Below, piece by piece: positions 25,659-38,908 of a DNA stretch of 64,000 nucleotides. Within the stretch, counting starts at the first letter, position 1; every line of letters starts with the position of its first letter. The notes beneath the pieces were generated by a model, which had not been told where the DNA came from, did no database searches, and saw nothing but the letters and a program-made list of their open reading frames with translations. The stretch is from NCBI GenBank assembly GCA_964016885.1, contig OZ024741.1:193254001-193318000 (forward strand), written 5' to 3'. The DNA comes from Eledone cirrhosa (Eukaryota). Both the position numbers and the translations under genes were made by a program.

Positions 25659-27392
25659 AATAATAATAAGAAGAAGAATGGTTTCTTTATTGGCCTCAAG
25701 GGCTAACATAAAGAAAACGTTACAGACGGCACCGAATGGTACAGGACGATACAAAGTTGGTTTTGGCCGTGTAAAAAGGTTATAACAAGAAGATAGAAAT
25801 GCGTAAAAACAAATCAAAAAAATTGAAGCAAAAAAATTCCCCAAAAGGGGGAAACTTCCAAGGGTCACTCTTGGCGAAAACCAAACAGAAGAACACGGCC
25901 ACCCTGAACACCAGGGCAAGTGCCCTCTCTCAGTTTTCCCACGTTGTCGATCTTCCCCTCCACTAGCCCTCTATAGAACGCCGAGGTGGATGTTCCACCG
26001 ATACTAGTGCTCAGCTGGTAGAGGGTGGTGAGCGCTTGGAGACATTCCAGCTTCCAAACGCTATCCCTCGGTCCTTTCCTAATCCAGGACTGCAGCTCCG
26101 TCAAGGAAACGAGCTGGGGAAAAGCGCGTCTGGTAAACGGCGACCACAACTGTTCACCGACAAGGAAACACCAGAGATGTCGCAGCCTCAGGGCATGTTT
26201 GCGCAACATCACCCACGGCATGCCCAATCCTCCACGCAGCGGGTGCTGACAGCAGATGGATCGTCTGACCATGGGAGAACGTCCCTTCCACAAAAAGCGG
26301 AAGAGAAGGCGCTCCATTTTGATCAGAGTTGGGCGCGGGCAAGGTACGACGGTCAAGCGGTAGCAGATGACAGACGCGAAGTACGGATTCCCCACCTCCA
26401 CCCGACCTATCAACGACAGCCTCCCCTCGGCCCAATTCTGGGTGAGCGAGGCCACCCTGTTCGTCACCTCGATCCAGTTTTTTTTTCCATCTGGAGGTCC
26501 GGACCGAACCAGACCCCGAGTAATTTAAGCATTCCTTCTGTCCAGTGTTCCACGACACTGTCGGGCGGCATGAACTTAACTCTCCAGGTGCCGGGTTGCT
26601 ATCCCACTGCCTTTTCCTGGTTTACCTTTATTCCTGTCACCGCTTCATATTCCTTGAGAGCGGTGCCGAGCATCTGGACGTGTTTGGTGCTCGTCACCAA
26701 CACGGTGACGTCGTCGGCGTAGGCTGACACGAATCTCCCGCATTCCAGTTCACGTGGGGAGCCCCCTCGTCGTCTCCAATTTGTGAAGTAACGGCTCGAG
26801 GGCCAATACGTACAAGAGGAAGGACAGGGGTCACCCTGGCGGACCAAGCGCATGATGCTGAACGGCTGCGACAGGTGACCATTTACCCTCATAATCGAGC
26901 AGATGTTGCTTTGCATCGCAGTGAAACAGCTCCCGAAAACGGGCCCAAAGCCTGCCGCCTCGAGGACCGCAAGCCGAGTACCATATTTCGGGCCACACCT
27001 ATTTCAGCGGCACCATTATTGCGGCCGCTACTGCTGCTACTGGTCTTGTTGGAGCTGGGATCGTTGTTACTGTTATTGATGTTGTCATTGTTGTTGTTTT
27101 CTTTGATACTGTTGTTGTGGCTGTTGTTATTGTTGTTTTTTGTTGATATTGTTTCCACTGTTATTGTTGTTGTGTCTGTTTTTATTGTCATTGTTATTGT
27201 CTTTCTCGACCCTATCGCTGTTATTTTCGTTGTTGCTGTTGTTATTCATGGTGGCGTTGTTGTTGGTGTTATTGTTGGTGTTGTTTGTATTAGTACTATT
27301 TGGTATATTTAAATCTGAAACAATATCATTAAAAGGGATATTGTTTCTCTTTTCTTTTGTGTTCATCTTCGCTAGAACGCTGTCTTGTTGAC
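25659..27392 (-). mobile_element. Internally deleted Tx1 subfamily-B-like copy, head-to-tail with the previous element
   Basis: Asn-rich ORF1 start (27366-26980) fused to RT (SAYADD at ~26710). AATAAA tail at ~25685. Confidence 0.88.
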
Positions 27393-27515
27393 AGCGTAAG
27401 AATGAAAGGCAAAGTTAACCCCGGCTGGATTTGAACTCAGATCATAAAAGGCAGTAACTCTATGTTGCAAAGCATGGTGTCCGACTCTCTACCGATACTG
27501 CCAATCCAACGCCCT
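27393..27515 (-). mobile_element. SINE 5' portion
   Basis: GAAAGGCAAAGTTAACC..GATTTGAACTCAG..GCCAATCCA. Confidence 0.8.
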
Positions 27516-27694
27516 TATTTTTATTATTATTAGGTTGGATAATGATAATAAAAATAAAGATATGAACCTACATTCTTCAAGAAATCTATATGGGATGAAC
27601 ATCATCACCATCACCATCATCACAAAATAGAATTTCATCTGGAGATACCGTTCTCATAACAGCAACAAATGCATGATGACCGTTGAAATAATTA

Positions 27695-27880
27695 TAATTG
27701 TTTCTACTTTTGGCACAAGGCCAGCTATTACCCCAGTGTATTGCTGGTACTTTATTTTATCGACCCCATAAGGATGAAAGGCAAAGTTAACCTCGGCGGG
27801 ATTTAAACTCAGAATGACAAGCGACGTAACTCAATGCGTCGAAGCATGGCGTCCGACCCTCTACCGATACTGCCAATCCA
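27695..27880 (-). mobile_element. tRNA-derived SINE
   Basis: Full core and tail. Confidence 0.85.
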
Positions 27881-28532
27881 AATGAATAAACGATTTATGT
27901 AACATCAGCATCTTTATTAGTGTTATACACACACACACGCACATATTTATATATATTGGTTATATATATATGTGTTTGTGTGTGTGTGTGTGTGTGTATA
28001 TATAAAACCAATACAACCACAAGCCCATCAACCGCATCACAACTCTCGGCTGTAAACAAGAACGTCAGCAAGCATTGAGAACTAGAAACTTCAGTAGAAA
28101 GAACGAGGTAAAATTATTGTGACAGTATTGAAAAAAAGAAAAGCGTGAATGAAAGACAAACATTTAGTGAGATAACGAAGACAAAATCACAATAGAGAAA
28201 TAATGAAGTTAATGTATTCGACAAGTCTGACAAATGATCAATAAAGATGAGAATATATCTAGAAATGTATGAAATACGACTGGTTGTTGCTGCGTAAATA
28301 TTAATTAAAACACGACTTTCCATTAATCTTTTTAGACTCAGAAGAGCGAAAAATTACCACTAGCTATGAATATGAGTGTTTGTGATGAGCTGTCTATGTC
28401 TGAAACTATATACGTATCAAAGCATACATTTAATATTCGAAATTTAAGCGAACAGCACGAAAACACGCAATTTGAGTTTACCTGAAGAAAATGAGGTAAA
28501 TAGTCTACGATATTTGTAGACGTATGTCTGTC

Positions 28533-30985
28533 CTGAGATCCATTATGGTGAGATCATATCTTTTGAATTCACATCACAACTGAGCCAACTTTCTGCATTG
28601 ATACAAAGTTCTTAAGTTCCCTGTAGACATTTTTGTGAGAGTTTTGAGCTAGAAATCGAGGACTGAACTTCCTGTCATCAATTTGTTGTTGTTTTTGCCA
28701 TTGCTGTATCTTGATTGATTCATTGGAGATTTCTTCATTGTTTCTCTAGTGATTGAGGTTTTTATGGGGTCAGAGTGCTTCCCTGACGCCCAACCCTCCA
28801 TACTTCTCAACATGGTTGTGGCATAATGGGTCTCAGGGAAGTCAGAGAGACAAGAAGTGGCAAGCTAAATTCTGAAAATTTGACGAATTTGTACTCAGAA
28901 TATGAAACTCGACACATTCATGATGTTGGCAGTGTGCTCGGTGAAACTGCAGGCAAAGATTTGGTGAGTTGGAACCCAGTGAGTGAGCGAATCATAGCAG
29001 CAAGATTCCAATCAAGCAACTCAAAATGACAGTGATTCAAGTTTATGCACCAACAGAAGATGATGTTGATATTGACAAGGATGCTTTCTACAAACAACTG
29101 CAGGATACTATTCAAACAACACCAAGACACGATCTGTTGCTTTTGATTGACGATATTAATGCGCAAATTTCACAGATTTGGCCCCCCATGGCTCTGCCAA
29201 TCAGACCAATAACAATGGTAAACGACTTCTACTCTGTAGCATAAATTCACTATGCATTGGAAACACGTACTTCAAGCATAAGTCAATTCATAAGAAGACA
29301 TGGCGATCTCCAGCTAGACATTCATTGAATGAGATTGACTACATATGCATTTCACATAGATGGAATCTTTCCTCCAAGATATCAGTATCAGAGTTTAGCG
29401 TGGGGCAAATCTTAGCTCTGACCATTATTTAGTAACAGGAAAGCTAAAATTAAATTGGAAGTGGCTGATGAAACAACAGAATAAGAAGCCATATGCTGTT
29501 GAAAAATTGAAGAATTATAGAGTATTGGAAAACTCTCAAATTACCACCAAGAATAGGTTTGAGATGTTCACTGCTGAATCAAATTGCAGCCCAGGTGTTT
29601 AACAAAAGTGGTCGAAGTTCAAAGAAACTCTCAAAGTGTGTCTTGATGAAGTTGTGGGCAGAGATTGTCTACGGTACTAGACAGACAAATGAAGAGAAGC
29701 TATTGAAAAGACAAAAAGTTCTGATTACAAGCAAAGGAACGGGAAGCCAAAGAAGCTCCCAATAAAAATGGCATGAAATCGCTCTATAGGATTATCAAAA
29801 ACCTCTTGGGATTCCGTGGTAAATCAAGTGTTCCTATTAACGACAAGGCTGGCAAGCTGCTTACCACTGCACATGAACAAAATCAGCGCTGGGTTGAACA
29901 TTTCATTGAAACACTGAATCAACCAGAACCATTCAGCTCCTTTGCCGATTCAGACATCAATGCATAGGAAGGGCTTCAAATCAATATGGAATCTATTTCC
30001 CAGGAAGAAGTCCAAACACCCATAAAACATCCCAAGAACAAGACTCTAGAATTGGATGAAATTTCTGCAGAAGTCCTGAAGGCAGGTAGTGGCACCATTG
30101 CCAAATATCTCACAAATTTATTGAATTGCTGGCAAAGGCAATGTGTCTCTGACGACTGGAGAAAGGGAATTATAGTCAAACTTCCAAAGAAAGGTTCTTT
30201 CAGCAGCTGCGGCAATTGGCGTGGAATTATTTTGCTGCCAGTCCCTGGAAAGGTCTTCTATTTAGTGCTTCTCAATCGACTCAAAACAACTGCGGATGCA
30301 AAGCTGAGAGAGGAGCAGGCCAGATTCAGACCAGAAAGATCCTTCATATTTACTCTTCTAAATGCTGTGGAACAGAGTCTGGAATTCAATATGGCACTCA
30401 AGATAAATTTCATTGACTTCAACAAGCCTTTGATAGCATTCACAGGGAGACGCTTTGGAAAACTCTGGCAGTCTATGGCATTACAGAAGGATTCATCAGT
30501 GTTTTCAAATATATTTATCAGGATTCAAGATGCTGTGTCAAAGTTGCAAATGGCACCACAGGTTTCTGCCAAGTCCACACGGGTGTGCGACATGGCTGCA
30601 TTCTGTCTCCTATGCTTTTCTCACTGGCCATTGACTTTGTCACGAGGAAATCAGTGGAAATTCATGCTCAGGCTTAAAACTTTGGTATCCACTGGACTGA
30701 TTCAAAGACACTGACAGATTTGGATTTCTTCGATGATTTGGCATTATTGGGGAACAACATAGAAGAAATTCAAACAATGACAACACAGAAAAATCTGCAG
30801 CAAAAAAAAATGGAGAAAAGACCAAAGTGATGTAAGTTGACAAGAAGATTGCTGAGAAAGTACATATTGAAACACAGGCAATAGAAGAGATCAACCAATT
30901 CACCTATTTGGGCAGCATAGTCTCCAATGAAGGCTTTGCTGAGCCTGATGTAAACTGCAGAATTGGAAAGGCATGAAGCGTATTT
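28533..30985 (+). mobile_element. Decayed RTE-clade LINE with an inverted 5' segment (28533-28800 on minus)
   Basis: Plus strand: IMGLREVR, SERIIAARF, IQVYAPT, WRKGIIVKLPKKG, NWRGI, FIDF, FTYLGSIV. Minus strand: TGNLRTLYQ..KLAQL..EFKRYDL and 5' UTR GGAGGGTTGGGCG. Confidence 0.85.
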
Positions 30986-30989
30986 TAGT

Positions 30990-31180
30990 GCATGAGAAGT
31001 ATTTGGTCATTTATTCGTTCCTCGATGCTCAACCCACAAGACAAATTCCCATTTTCGCATGGGCTACATTTGGTCAGAACTTTCCATTGAATAGAATAAT
31101 CCACGCCTCCGTCCTTGAATTTGTCTTGTGGGCTGTCTATTGAGAAACGAATAAATATCCTGCAGAGATTACGTAACAAT
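30990..31180 (-). mobile_element. Penelope-like element GIY-YIG C-terminal fragment
   Basis: KDGGVDYSIQWKVLTKCSPCENGNLSCGLSIEER resembles PLE endonuclease tails. Confidence 0.55.
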
Positions 31181-31661
31181 ACTTGTTTAAATACAACATC
31201 CGATTTTTATAATCGATGTCCCGACGCCGACAAGTACTTATTAGGTAGCTACAAGGACCAAGACTAATTTCATCCAGTATGGACCAAAACTATTTTCATC
31301 CAGAATTCTCTCCCTTTATCAGTCTATCTTGAGTTGTCCTTGTCGATGACCTTGCGCATGACCGACCAACTTCATATAAACTTCCGTTTTTCAGCTATAA
31401 ACTATTACTCGAGTTGAAAAGTTGAAAAACCGCAAGGTAAAACGTTTCTCTTTGAAAATGGTTTACTAAATGTTGTGGAACTCACATCTACTGAACTCGT
31501 CCCATGGACTGAGTGCTCTACTTAATAAGGATATAACCTCCCATTGTTCTATCAGAATACTTATACATAGCGTCCGAAACGTTAAGACCCTCTTCCTGCT
31601 ATATCAAGCGTTAACCTAATATATACCTTCCATATACTATACCGATTGTGTTGTTATTTCT

Positions 31662-31707
<46 letters not shown>

Positions 31708-31741
31708 ATATTGTTATATTTGGGGAGGGTCATATTGTTGT

Positions 31742-32075
31742 AATAATTGTTTCTACTTTTGGCACAAGGCCAGCAATTATCCCAGTACATTACTGGTTCT
31801 TTATTTTATCGACCCCGAAAGGATGAAAGGCAAAGTTAACCTCGGCAGGATTTGAACTCAGTCCGTAAAGGGACGTAACTATGCTGTAAAGCATGGCGTC
31901 CGACTCTCTACCGATACTGCCAATCCACCGTAATAATTGTTTCTACTTTAGGCACAAGGCCAGCAATTACCCAGTGCATTACTGGTACTTTATTTTATCG
32001 ACCCCGTAAGGATGAAAGGCAAAGTCAACCTCGGCGGGATTTGAACTCAGATCGTAAAGGGACGTAACTATGCTG
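31742..32075 (-). mobile_element. Two tandem tRNA-derived SINE copies
   Basis: Cores at 31745-31930 and 31935-32075. Confidence 0.88.
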
Positions 32076-32253
32076 GAGTAATAATATGTAATAATATTGC
32101 CAGAATATAAACCAACCCAAACCAAACACTCACTGTTTGGTTTTGGGTTGGTTTTCGCTTCTGTATCTTTTGTATCTCCATAGTTAATTTATCCGGCAAT
32201 CGATGTTTATCATTGATTGACCAACGGTTAAAAATACAGATATAAATATATAT

Positions 32254-32298
32254 ATATCAAAGTTCTTTCGTCACACACATGTGTCATCATCAGTGGTA
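32254..32298 (-). ncRNA. Degenerate minimal type I hammerhead ribozyme
   Basis: CTGATGA-TGACACATGTGTGTGAC-GAAA-GAAC-TT, with mismatches in stems I and II. Confidence 0.5.
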
Positions 32299-33760
32299 CT
32301 ATTATGTTTACTCCCGTTGTATTGTAATGCCTACGCCATTTTTATTTATTTTTTTTTTTTTATGCTTGCCTCTGTTTCTGTTTGTACATGCGTTTGCGTG
32401 TATGTTTCCTGTTTCGTGTGTGTGTTCATGTGTGAATCTGTGTTTTTGTATTCTATCTGTGTTCACTAGTGTGTGTTTATGTGTGTTTGTTGTTATTCTA
32501 CTTGTGTGTATATTTATTTATTTATTTATTTATTTAGATTTCCCTTAGGTGCGTATTGTTTGTTTGGGTGTGGTTGTTATTCCATTCGTTTTTTTCTCTT
32601 CAACTTTTTTTTTTGCTTCCCTGATTTGCCTACCTGTTGAGTCATTTCTGTGCTTAGATATTATTTTAATTTATATGTTGTCTATATTACCGCCATGTCT
32701 TTGTCTGGCATATTCATATAGTACTAAACCGTTTTTTATTTTGTCCTTTTAGTTCCCCCAGTCTATTCTTTCTCCTATGCATCGAGCAGTCTCACCTATG
32801 TATGTCGTTGTCATGTTTCTGCAAGTACCCTCTGTACATTTTATGCTATAAACTACATTTCTAGTTTTACAATTTATCTGGGGGTTCATTCTACATATAA
32901 CACATTTCTTATTCGTACAGTGTGTTTTCTAAAAGGGGTATGTCTTGCTAATCAGGGATTCTATGGTAGTTCCTGGCTTTTCTATCACTTTAATCTTCAG
33001 ATGGGTCTTTCATATGACCTTCCTACATTGCTTAGCTAATTTCCTTCCAGGGGTAGCATCCAGGTACATGACATTCTGGTATCTCTGGTTGTCGTACCAT
33101 GAAGAAGCTTTCTCTATCTTATGTTAGTCCTATCTAAGCTATTCCAAGATTTGCTCCCGTATAATGGGCAAATTCCTTTCATATCCATTTCTATGATCAT
33201 TTTATATTTTTCCGTGGCTCCTTTGTATACTCTGATTATGTCTCTTTGGTTGTAGCCAGAGTACTGCATGCGATTGATGAAGTGTTGGATGTGTCTTTCC
33301 ATTTCAGTTGGGTTGCACATGCGGCACACATTCTTTACCACTCTTACCATGTCTGCGATCAGAATATTAAACTTAGCACTATTGGATATTGCTGTGTTTC
33401 TGAGTATCAGGTATTTGGAAGCCATGGGTTTAGCATAGTGTGAGTGGAGAATTTTGGCCCTCTCGTTTATAGTGTTTAACCAGAGTTCCGTGTCTAATAC
33501 TGGTAGTCTATTGTTAGGGCGTTTGGAAGGGTAGTCAGTAGTTACTGTTATGCTCTGGTGTATGGAATTATCTATCTGCTGGATGTTCTCCATTGTGTTA
33601 TTTTCTAGTGCAAGTTTATTGGTGCTCTCTTGTGGGGGTGTTATTATTATATTAATATCGTCTACTTAACGAGAGTCCATGTCGAGGGCTGTTGGTTACC
33701 ACTTCAATTTATTATAAATTTCCGGTCGGTTGGTTCAATAACCACATAATTTTTTATATA

Positions 33761-33808
33761 TTGTCAAAGCTCTTTCGTCACACATTCTGTGACCTCCTCA
33801 GTGACTGA
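33761..33808 (-). ncRNA. Minimal type I hammerhead ribozyme (PLE-associated)
   Basis: GTCA-CTGAGGA-G-GTCACA GAATG TGTGAC-GAAA-GAGC-TT-TGAC: stem I, core, stem II and a very short stem III. Confidence 0.7.
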
Positions 33809-34147
33809 TTTCTTATCTTGTGTCTCTACTATATTCTGTCTTACACCGTCTTGTTTTGTGTGTTATGTGCTGTGTACTTGGTTTGTGTATGTGTTACATC
33901 CGTGTGTGTGTTTTTATTTATGTTTATTATGTTGTCACTAGTTGGCTGTTTGTTCTATCTGTGTGTGTCTGGTTTGTTTTGTTAGCTTGGTTTTATGAGT
34001 CTCTGTATGTCTTCATTTTGTCCTTAATTACTAGTTGCTATTCCAATCATGTTTTCTGTTTAATTTTGGTTGGAGTTTGTTTATGTTTGTCGCTTCTGTA
34101 ATTTGTCTGAGCATCCGGCCCTGTCTCATTACACCCCCCCCCCCCAC

Positions 34148-34430
34148 CGCATGCGCTGGTACAGACATGTTTTCCCCGTCCTGCCAGATTATCCTTTCAG
34201 GGCCTTACTCTTGTTCGGCGCAGCAGTTACAGTCTGGAAGAGGCCCCGCGGCAGGCTCCGCACCAGATTATGATTAAATGTGATTAAGGAAGATCTACAA
34301 AGTTTCCACGCCACCATGGAGGATGCTGAGGGGCTGGCATGGAGTCACCTCCAATGGAGGGCACTGGTGAACCTTGTCGATTCTACGCATGATGAAGCCT
34401 CTGGAATCACTGACCTAGTATAATTCCCAG
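34148..34430 (+). mobile_element. RTE-clade LINE 3' fragment
   Basis: RMRWYRHV..WKRPRGRLRTR..VIKEDL..QWRALV. Confidence 0.7.
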
Positions 34431-34883
34431 TTCCATCGAGCAAGAGCAAAGCAGAAAAGAAGTATATATATATATATATATATAACCGAATACTCCTATA
34501 TTTTATCGGCGAAGATTCGAAACCGAATCTGAGGTTTCTCCCCTCTGTGACCACCCATTATTGGAAAGTTTCCCCCCGTTGTCCTGTCAAGTCAACGATG
34601 ATAAACGTACATACCACTTGACCTCTGATCCCAGCTTCCTGGGAGACGATATCAACATGGCTGCCCATAAATCAACTCATATACACATCCTTCTAACTAT
34701 AGCACTATTATAAATACAAGGAGTTAAGGAATCTAAGAGCCAGAGAGACCGAAGCAAGTAGTCCATGTTAAGGTTCACGATGTAGCAGACGTTTTACTCT
34801 ATCTCTCTCCAGGCCCTTACTGATTGTCACCTTCTCGGCCACAGACACAGCCAGACAGCCAGCCATATCTGCCTGACAGATTG

Positions 34884-34915
<32 letters not shown>

Positions 34916-34935
34916 AATAATGTATTCTAAGAATA

Positions 34936-34977
<42 letters not shown>

Positions 34978-35274
34978 TAAGTTCATATTGTTTACATTCT
35001 ACGCTCATTCTATTCTTCTTGTCATATTGAATCTGTAAGATACAAAACAACTCTTACTATATCGTTTTCTGTGATACATGCATTTACGCTAACTCGTAGA
35101 AGTTAGTCAGCAAATTAATGTAGGGATAATTCATGTCATAAATATTATTTCTCGATGTTCAAAGTGAATATTGTTATTATAAAATAAACGTTGTTAACAA
35201 CTCAATCATGGCATTATTCTTTTTATCAAACTACCATAGTAAGAATACCACTTATCCGCTACATATATATATAT

Positions 35275-36455
35275 ATATGTATATATATAAAATTAAGTAT
35301 GTGTGTGTGTGTGTCTGTGTATTACCTATAGGGGCCTACATCTTACGACCGATTTTCATGAAACTTTACAGGCTCATAGATTACTCATCGGGGAGTGTTT
35401 TCTATATATCAGCGTATCGTTTTTTTTTATTCCGGGGTCATTCTGCAGATAAAAATCGATAGGGGGGTCACCTTTTTTTAGGTATCGAAAAATAATATTT
35501 TTGGCTCTAGCTCCCACATTTTGCCACCGATTTCGTTCAAATTTTAAAGCAAAATAGAATTTATCATTGCACATCTTGTAATGGCTTTATATTTTGCATT
35601 TGTTGTTCAGGGACAGCATGGCAGCCGCTTAAATATTCAAAAATACCACTTTTATACTCAATTTTCCACTTTTTCGGCTCTAGCTCCCACATTAATCAAC
35701 CTACTTTGTTCAAATTTTAAACTACGCTAGATCTGATGATTTCTTAAAGTGGCTTTACATTTTGGATTTTCTGTTCAGGAACGGCGTGGCAGCCGCTTAA
35801 ATATTCGAAAATACCACCTTTTCGCTCAAATTTCTGCCTTTTCGGCTCTAGCTCCCACATTTTTCAACCGATTTCGTTCAAATTCGAAACTTCGGGGCTC
35901 AACCTCACACATAAATCAATTTATTTGGTTCAACTTTTATACTACGATAGAACCTATCATTGCACATCTTATAGTAGCTTTACACTTTGCACTTTTTGTT
36001 CAGGGACGGCGACCTATCATTAGCTCCCACATTTTTCAACCGATTTCGTTCAAATTCGAAACATCGGATCCACTTCACACATAAATCAATTTATTTGGTT
36101 CACCTTTTACACTACGATAGAACCTATCATTGCACATCTTATAGATGGTCAAAGGCAAAACGATGGCCACTGACGTCGTCTGAGTTTTTAGTTGTGTATT
36201 TGAGAATTCATCGGTTTCCAAACAAGTAGCGTGAGGAAATTTGGCTTAGTGTTAGAAGTCACTACCTCCCTCTCCCAGCATGCCCCTTCGTCATTCACCC
36301 GCGTTTCTCAGTGATAGAGGTCATCACCACCCTCCCCCGCATGGCCTGTGTGTGGCCATAGATGAGTCATCGAGAAGCAGTCGCTAAGATCAATACCTTT
36401 TCATCAAAGCAGATATTATTTTACCTACCCAAGCAACGCTGGGTACTGCTGCTAG
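35275..36455 (+). mobile_element. Non-autonomous Helitron with internal sub-repeats
   Basis: 3' hairpin CCCAAGCAACGCTGGG then CTAG|T. CCGATTTTCATGAAACTTT motif near the 5' end. Four copies of TAGCTCCCACATT..CCGATTTCGTTCAAATT-like units. Confidence 0.7.
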
Positions 36456-36805
36456 TACATATATAAAGTGAAGATAACTAAGGGTTTTAAATTGAATCCA
36501 TCTTTATTATATAGGTGATAAGCTTGCAAACAACTAATCAATCAGTTATGATTAATTAACAATTATTCACAACATATACAAACTTACCTGCATATCATCA
36601 GGGTTATTAACAGGGATTGAATTCAATACAAACACGTATCAAGAACATTAGCCAGCAAGCAATAAAACAAGAGGCGACGCAGGTGGACGTATAAGGAGGT
36701 AATTACAGTGAAGATGTATGTTTTAGGCCTATGAGGCATGAATCAGTATAGATTATTTCGTGTAAGCATTGGAAAAACAACCGAACATTGGTGATATGCC
36801 GCAAC

Positions 36806-36840
<35 letters not shown>

Positions 36841-37599
36841 GTCCAAAACCCGCAACAGTAATTAAGTTATTTTGCATTAATAGATGTGCAATAGGTAAGT
36901 TCATTATTATTATCAATTACGTCTCTCGTATGTCCTGTGTTAGAGCGTGGTTAATTGTAATTACCTTACTTAATGATTAAGAATCACCGTGTAATAAACG
37001 TTGTTGTTTTAGGAAAGTGGTTTCCGACTGTGAATTTCACATGCAAAAGGATATTCACATGTATCAATATATACAATAATTCATACACGGTCGTGTATAT
37101 CATTACACTTATGAATACGGAGTATATAGTGTAATCGGCATATGTTACAAATCATACCATCATCATACTTAGCCGTAATTCATTATTGTATCTCAGTATT
37201 TAGGTAATTAAATATGAGGATATCTAAGTTAGGCCTTAAGGACTAATAGGAATAAACAACTATAACATTTTGTGTATACTAGAAATAAATAGGTGGGTTG
37301 TTTTAAAAAGGTGTTAATGATTAGCAACACGTTAATCGTTTTCATAATATGTTTCCTATCAAGGCTTTATTGATATAATATTGTCAAGAAGTATTGTTCA
37401 AAGTAGTTAAGACTCAGTGTCGTGGATGCTTACACTTATTATCTTACTAATCACTATATTGAAGTATCTGAGTCGATTTAAGATGTAGAACGATCTTTAA
37501 ATTACAACTAGTAAAGTTTTAGTTATATCTTATTACTGTGTATAATATTACGTGGTTAAGTTCAGTGAAAATGAAGGGCTTATATTTTACAAATGGTGA

Positions 37600-38715
37600 G
37601 CCACATAAATTAATGTTTACAATAGTAGAAAGGGTGCAAATTTTTATGTCGGAAAGTAGAAAGAATCTCATATTTTCTGTTTAGGATAACTGACAAGAAC
37701 TTTAAAATTAGGAGGCATTCTGTGAGCACAAATTAAACCTTGGGTTTTCTGGTATGTACACCTCGACAATTACAAGAATATTCCAACTAATACAGTATTC
37801 TATATTGGTCTTTTTCACGTCCCATATATAACGGGCTAATGAAGAGGAGCTGCTTAGATTTTTTTCTTTCTAAAAAGTGACGATACATATAGTCTCTAGA
37901 GTTAAAGCTAATTGAGGTACATGCCTTGTTATTAGTCGGTGTAGACATTGATTAACTATATTTTCACTTAGACAATTATCATTAAGGGGTAGGCCAAAAG
38001 GTATCTATGGCTACAGTTTCTGTTAGTTATTTATTTATTATTAGGGATAGAACATTGACTATAGATCGTTGTATGAAAGCTACAATTACGGTGACAGGGG
38101 CGTCCGGTTCCCACTGTGTTACCTTGATTAATACCATTTATGGAATAAATATTATATTTCTTTAGTTTCCTATTATTTCTAGGATTGGCAGTATCGGTAG
38201 AGGGTCGGACGCCATGCTTTCCAGCATAGTTACGTCCCTTTACGATCTGAGTTCAAATCCCGCCGAGGTTGACTTTGCCTTTCATCCTTACGGGGTCGAT
38301 AAAATAAAGTACCAGTAATGCACTGGGTAATTGCTGGCCTTGTGCCAAAAGTAGAAACAATTATTTCTAGATGTTAGATAGTTGGCTACATAAAAAGTGG
38401 AAGAGTAAGATATTCCTATAGTATTCTTATTATGTATTGTATAGTAACGGTGGGTTAGAGGAAAATTCTGTTACATGAGAAGTGACGTGTTTACTAAATA
38501 GTGGGTTAAACCATCTAGTAGATTTTCGTCGATTAGATTACACATATCCCGGCTGTGGGTTACTTAGTTTAGATTTAAGATAGTTATCGCTAAGAGTATT
38601 AAGTTTCAATTAATTGTTACTTGTATAACAATTTGATTTAGGGTTTGAGTCAGGCGAACTCGGGACGCGACCGTTGTTAAAGTCATTATAGTAGGTGTTT
38701 GCTTTGTTACTGTTA
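37600..38715 (-). mobile_element. Highly decayed Penelope-like element (linker plus GIY-YIG)
   Basis: Minus-strand remnants RWFNPLFSKHV, NKNTI..SYS, PLNDNCLSENIV, SSLARYIWDVKKTNIEYCISWNIL. Confidence 0.6.
38183..38365 (+). mobile_element. Young tRNA-derived SINE with TSD ATTATTTCTAG
   Basis: TSD at 38172-38182 and 38360-38370; A and B boxes. Confidence 0.92.
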
Positions 38716-38722
38716 TTATTCA

Positions 38723-38908
38723 GTGGATTGGCAGTATCGGTAGAGGGTCGGACGCCATGCTTTCCAGCATAGTTACGTCCCTTTACGATCTGAGTTCAAA
38801 TCCCGCCGAGGTTGACTTTGCCTTTCATCCTTACGGGGTCGATAAAATAAAGTACCAGTAATGCACTGGGTAATTGCTGGCCTTGTGCCAAAAGTAGAAA
38901 CAATTATT
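38723..38908 (+). mobile_element. Young tRNA-derived SINE with TSD ATTATTCA
   Basis: TSD at 38715-38722 and 38903-38910; appears identical to 38183-38365. Confidence 0.92.

Larger units (their letters stand above)
32200..34100 (-). mobile_element. Penelope-like element (RT C-term plus Cys-rich linker plus GIY-YIG) with pLTR-like flanks
   Basis: ITVTTDYPS..LPVLD..HYAKPMAS..MQYSGY; CKTRNVVYSIKC..YIGETARCIGER at ~32770-32880. Hammerhead motifs in both flanks. Confidence 0.85.

Noticed and set aside
31560-31600. CCGAAACGTTAAGACCCTC half-hammerhead
   Set aside because: The CTGANGA half is missing; at most a pLTR remnant.
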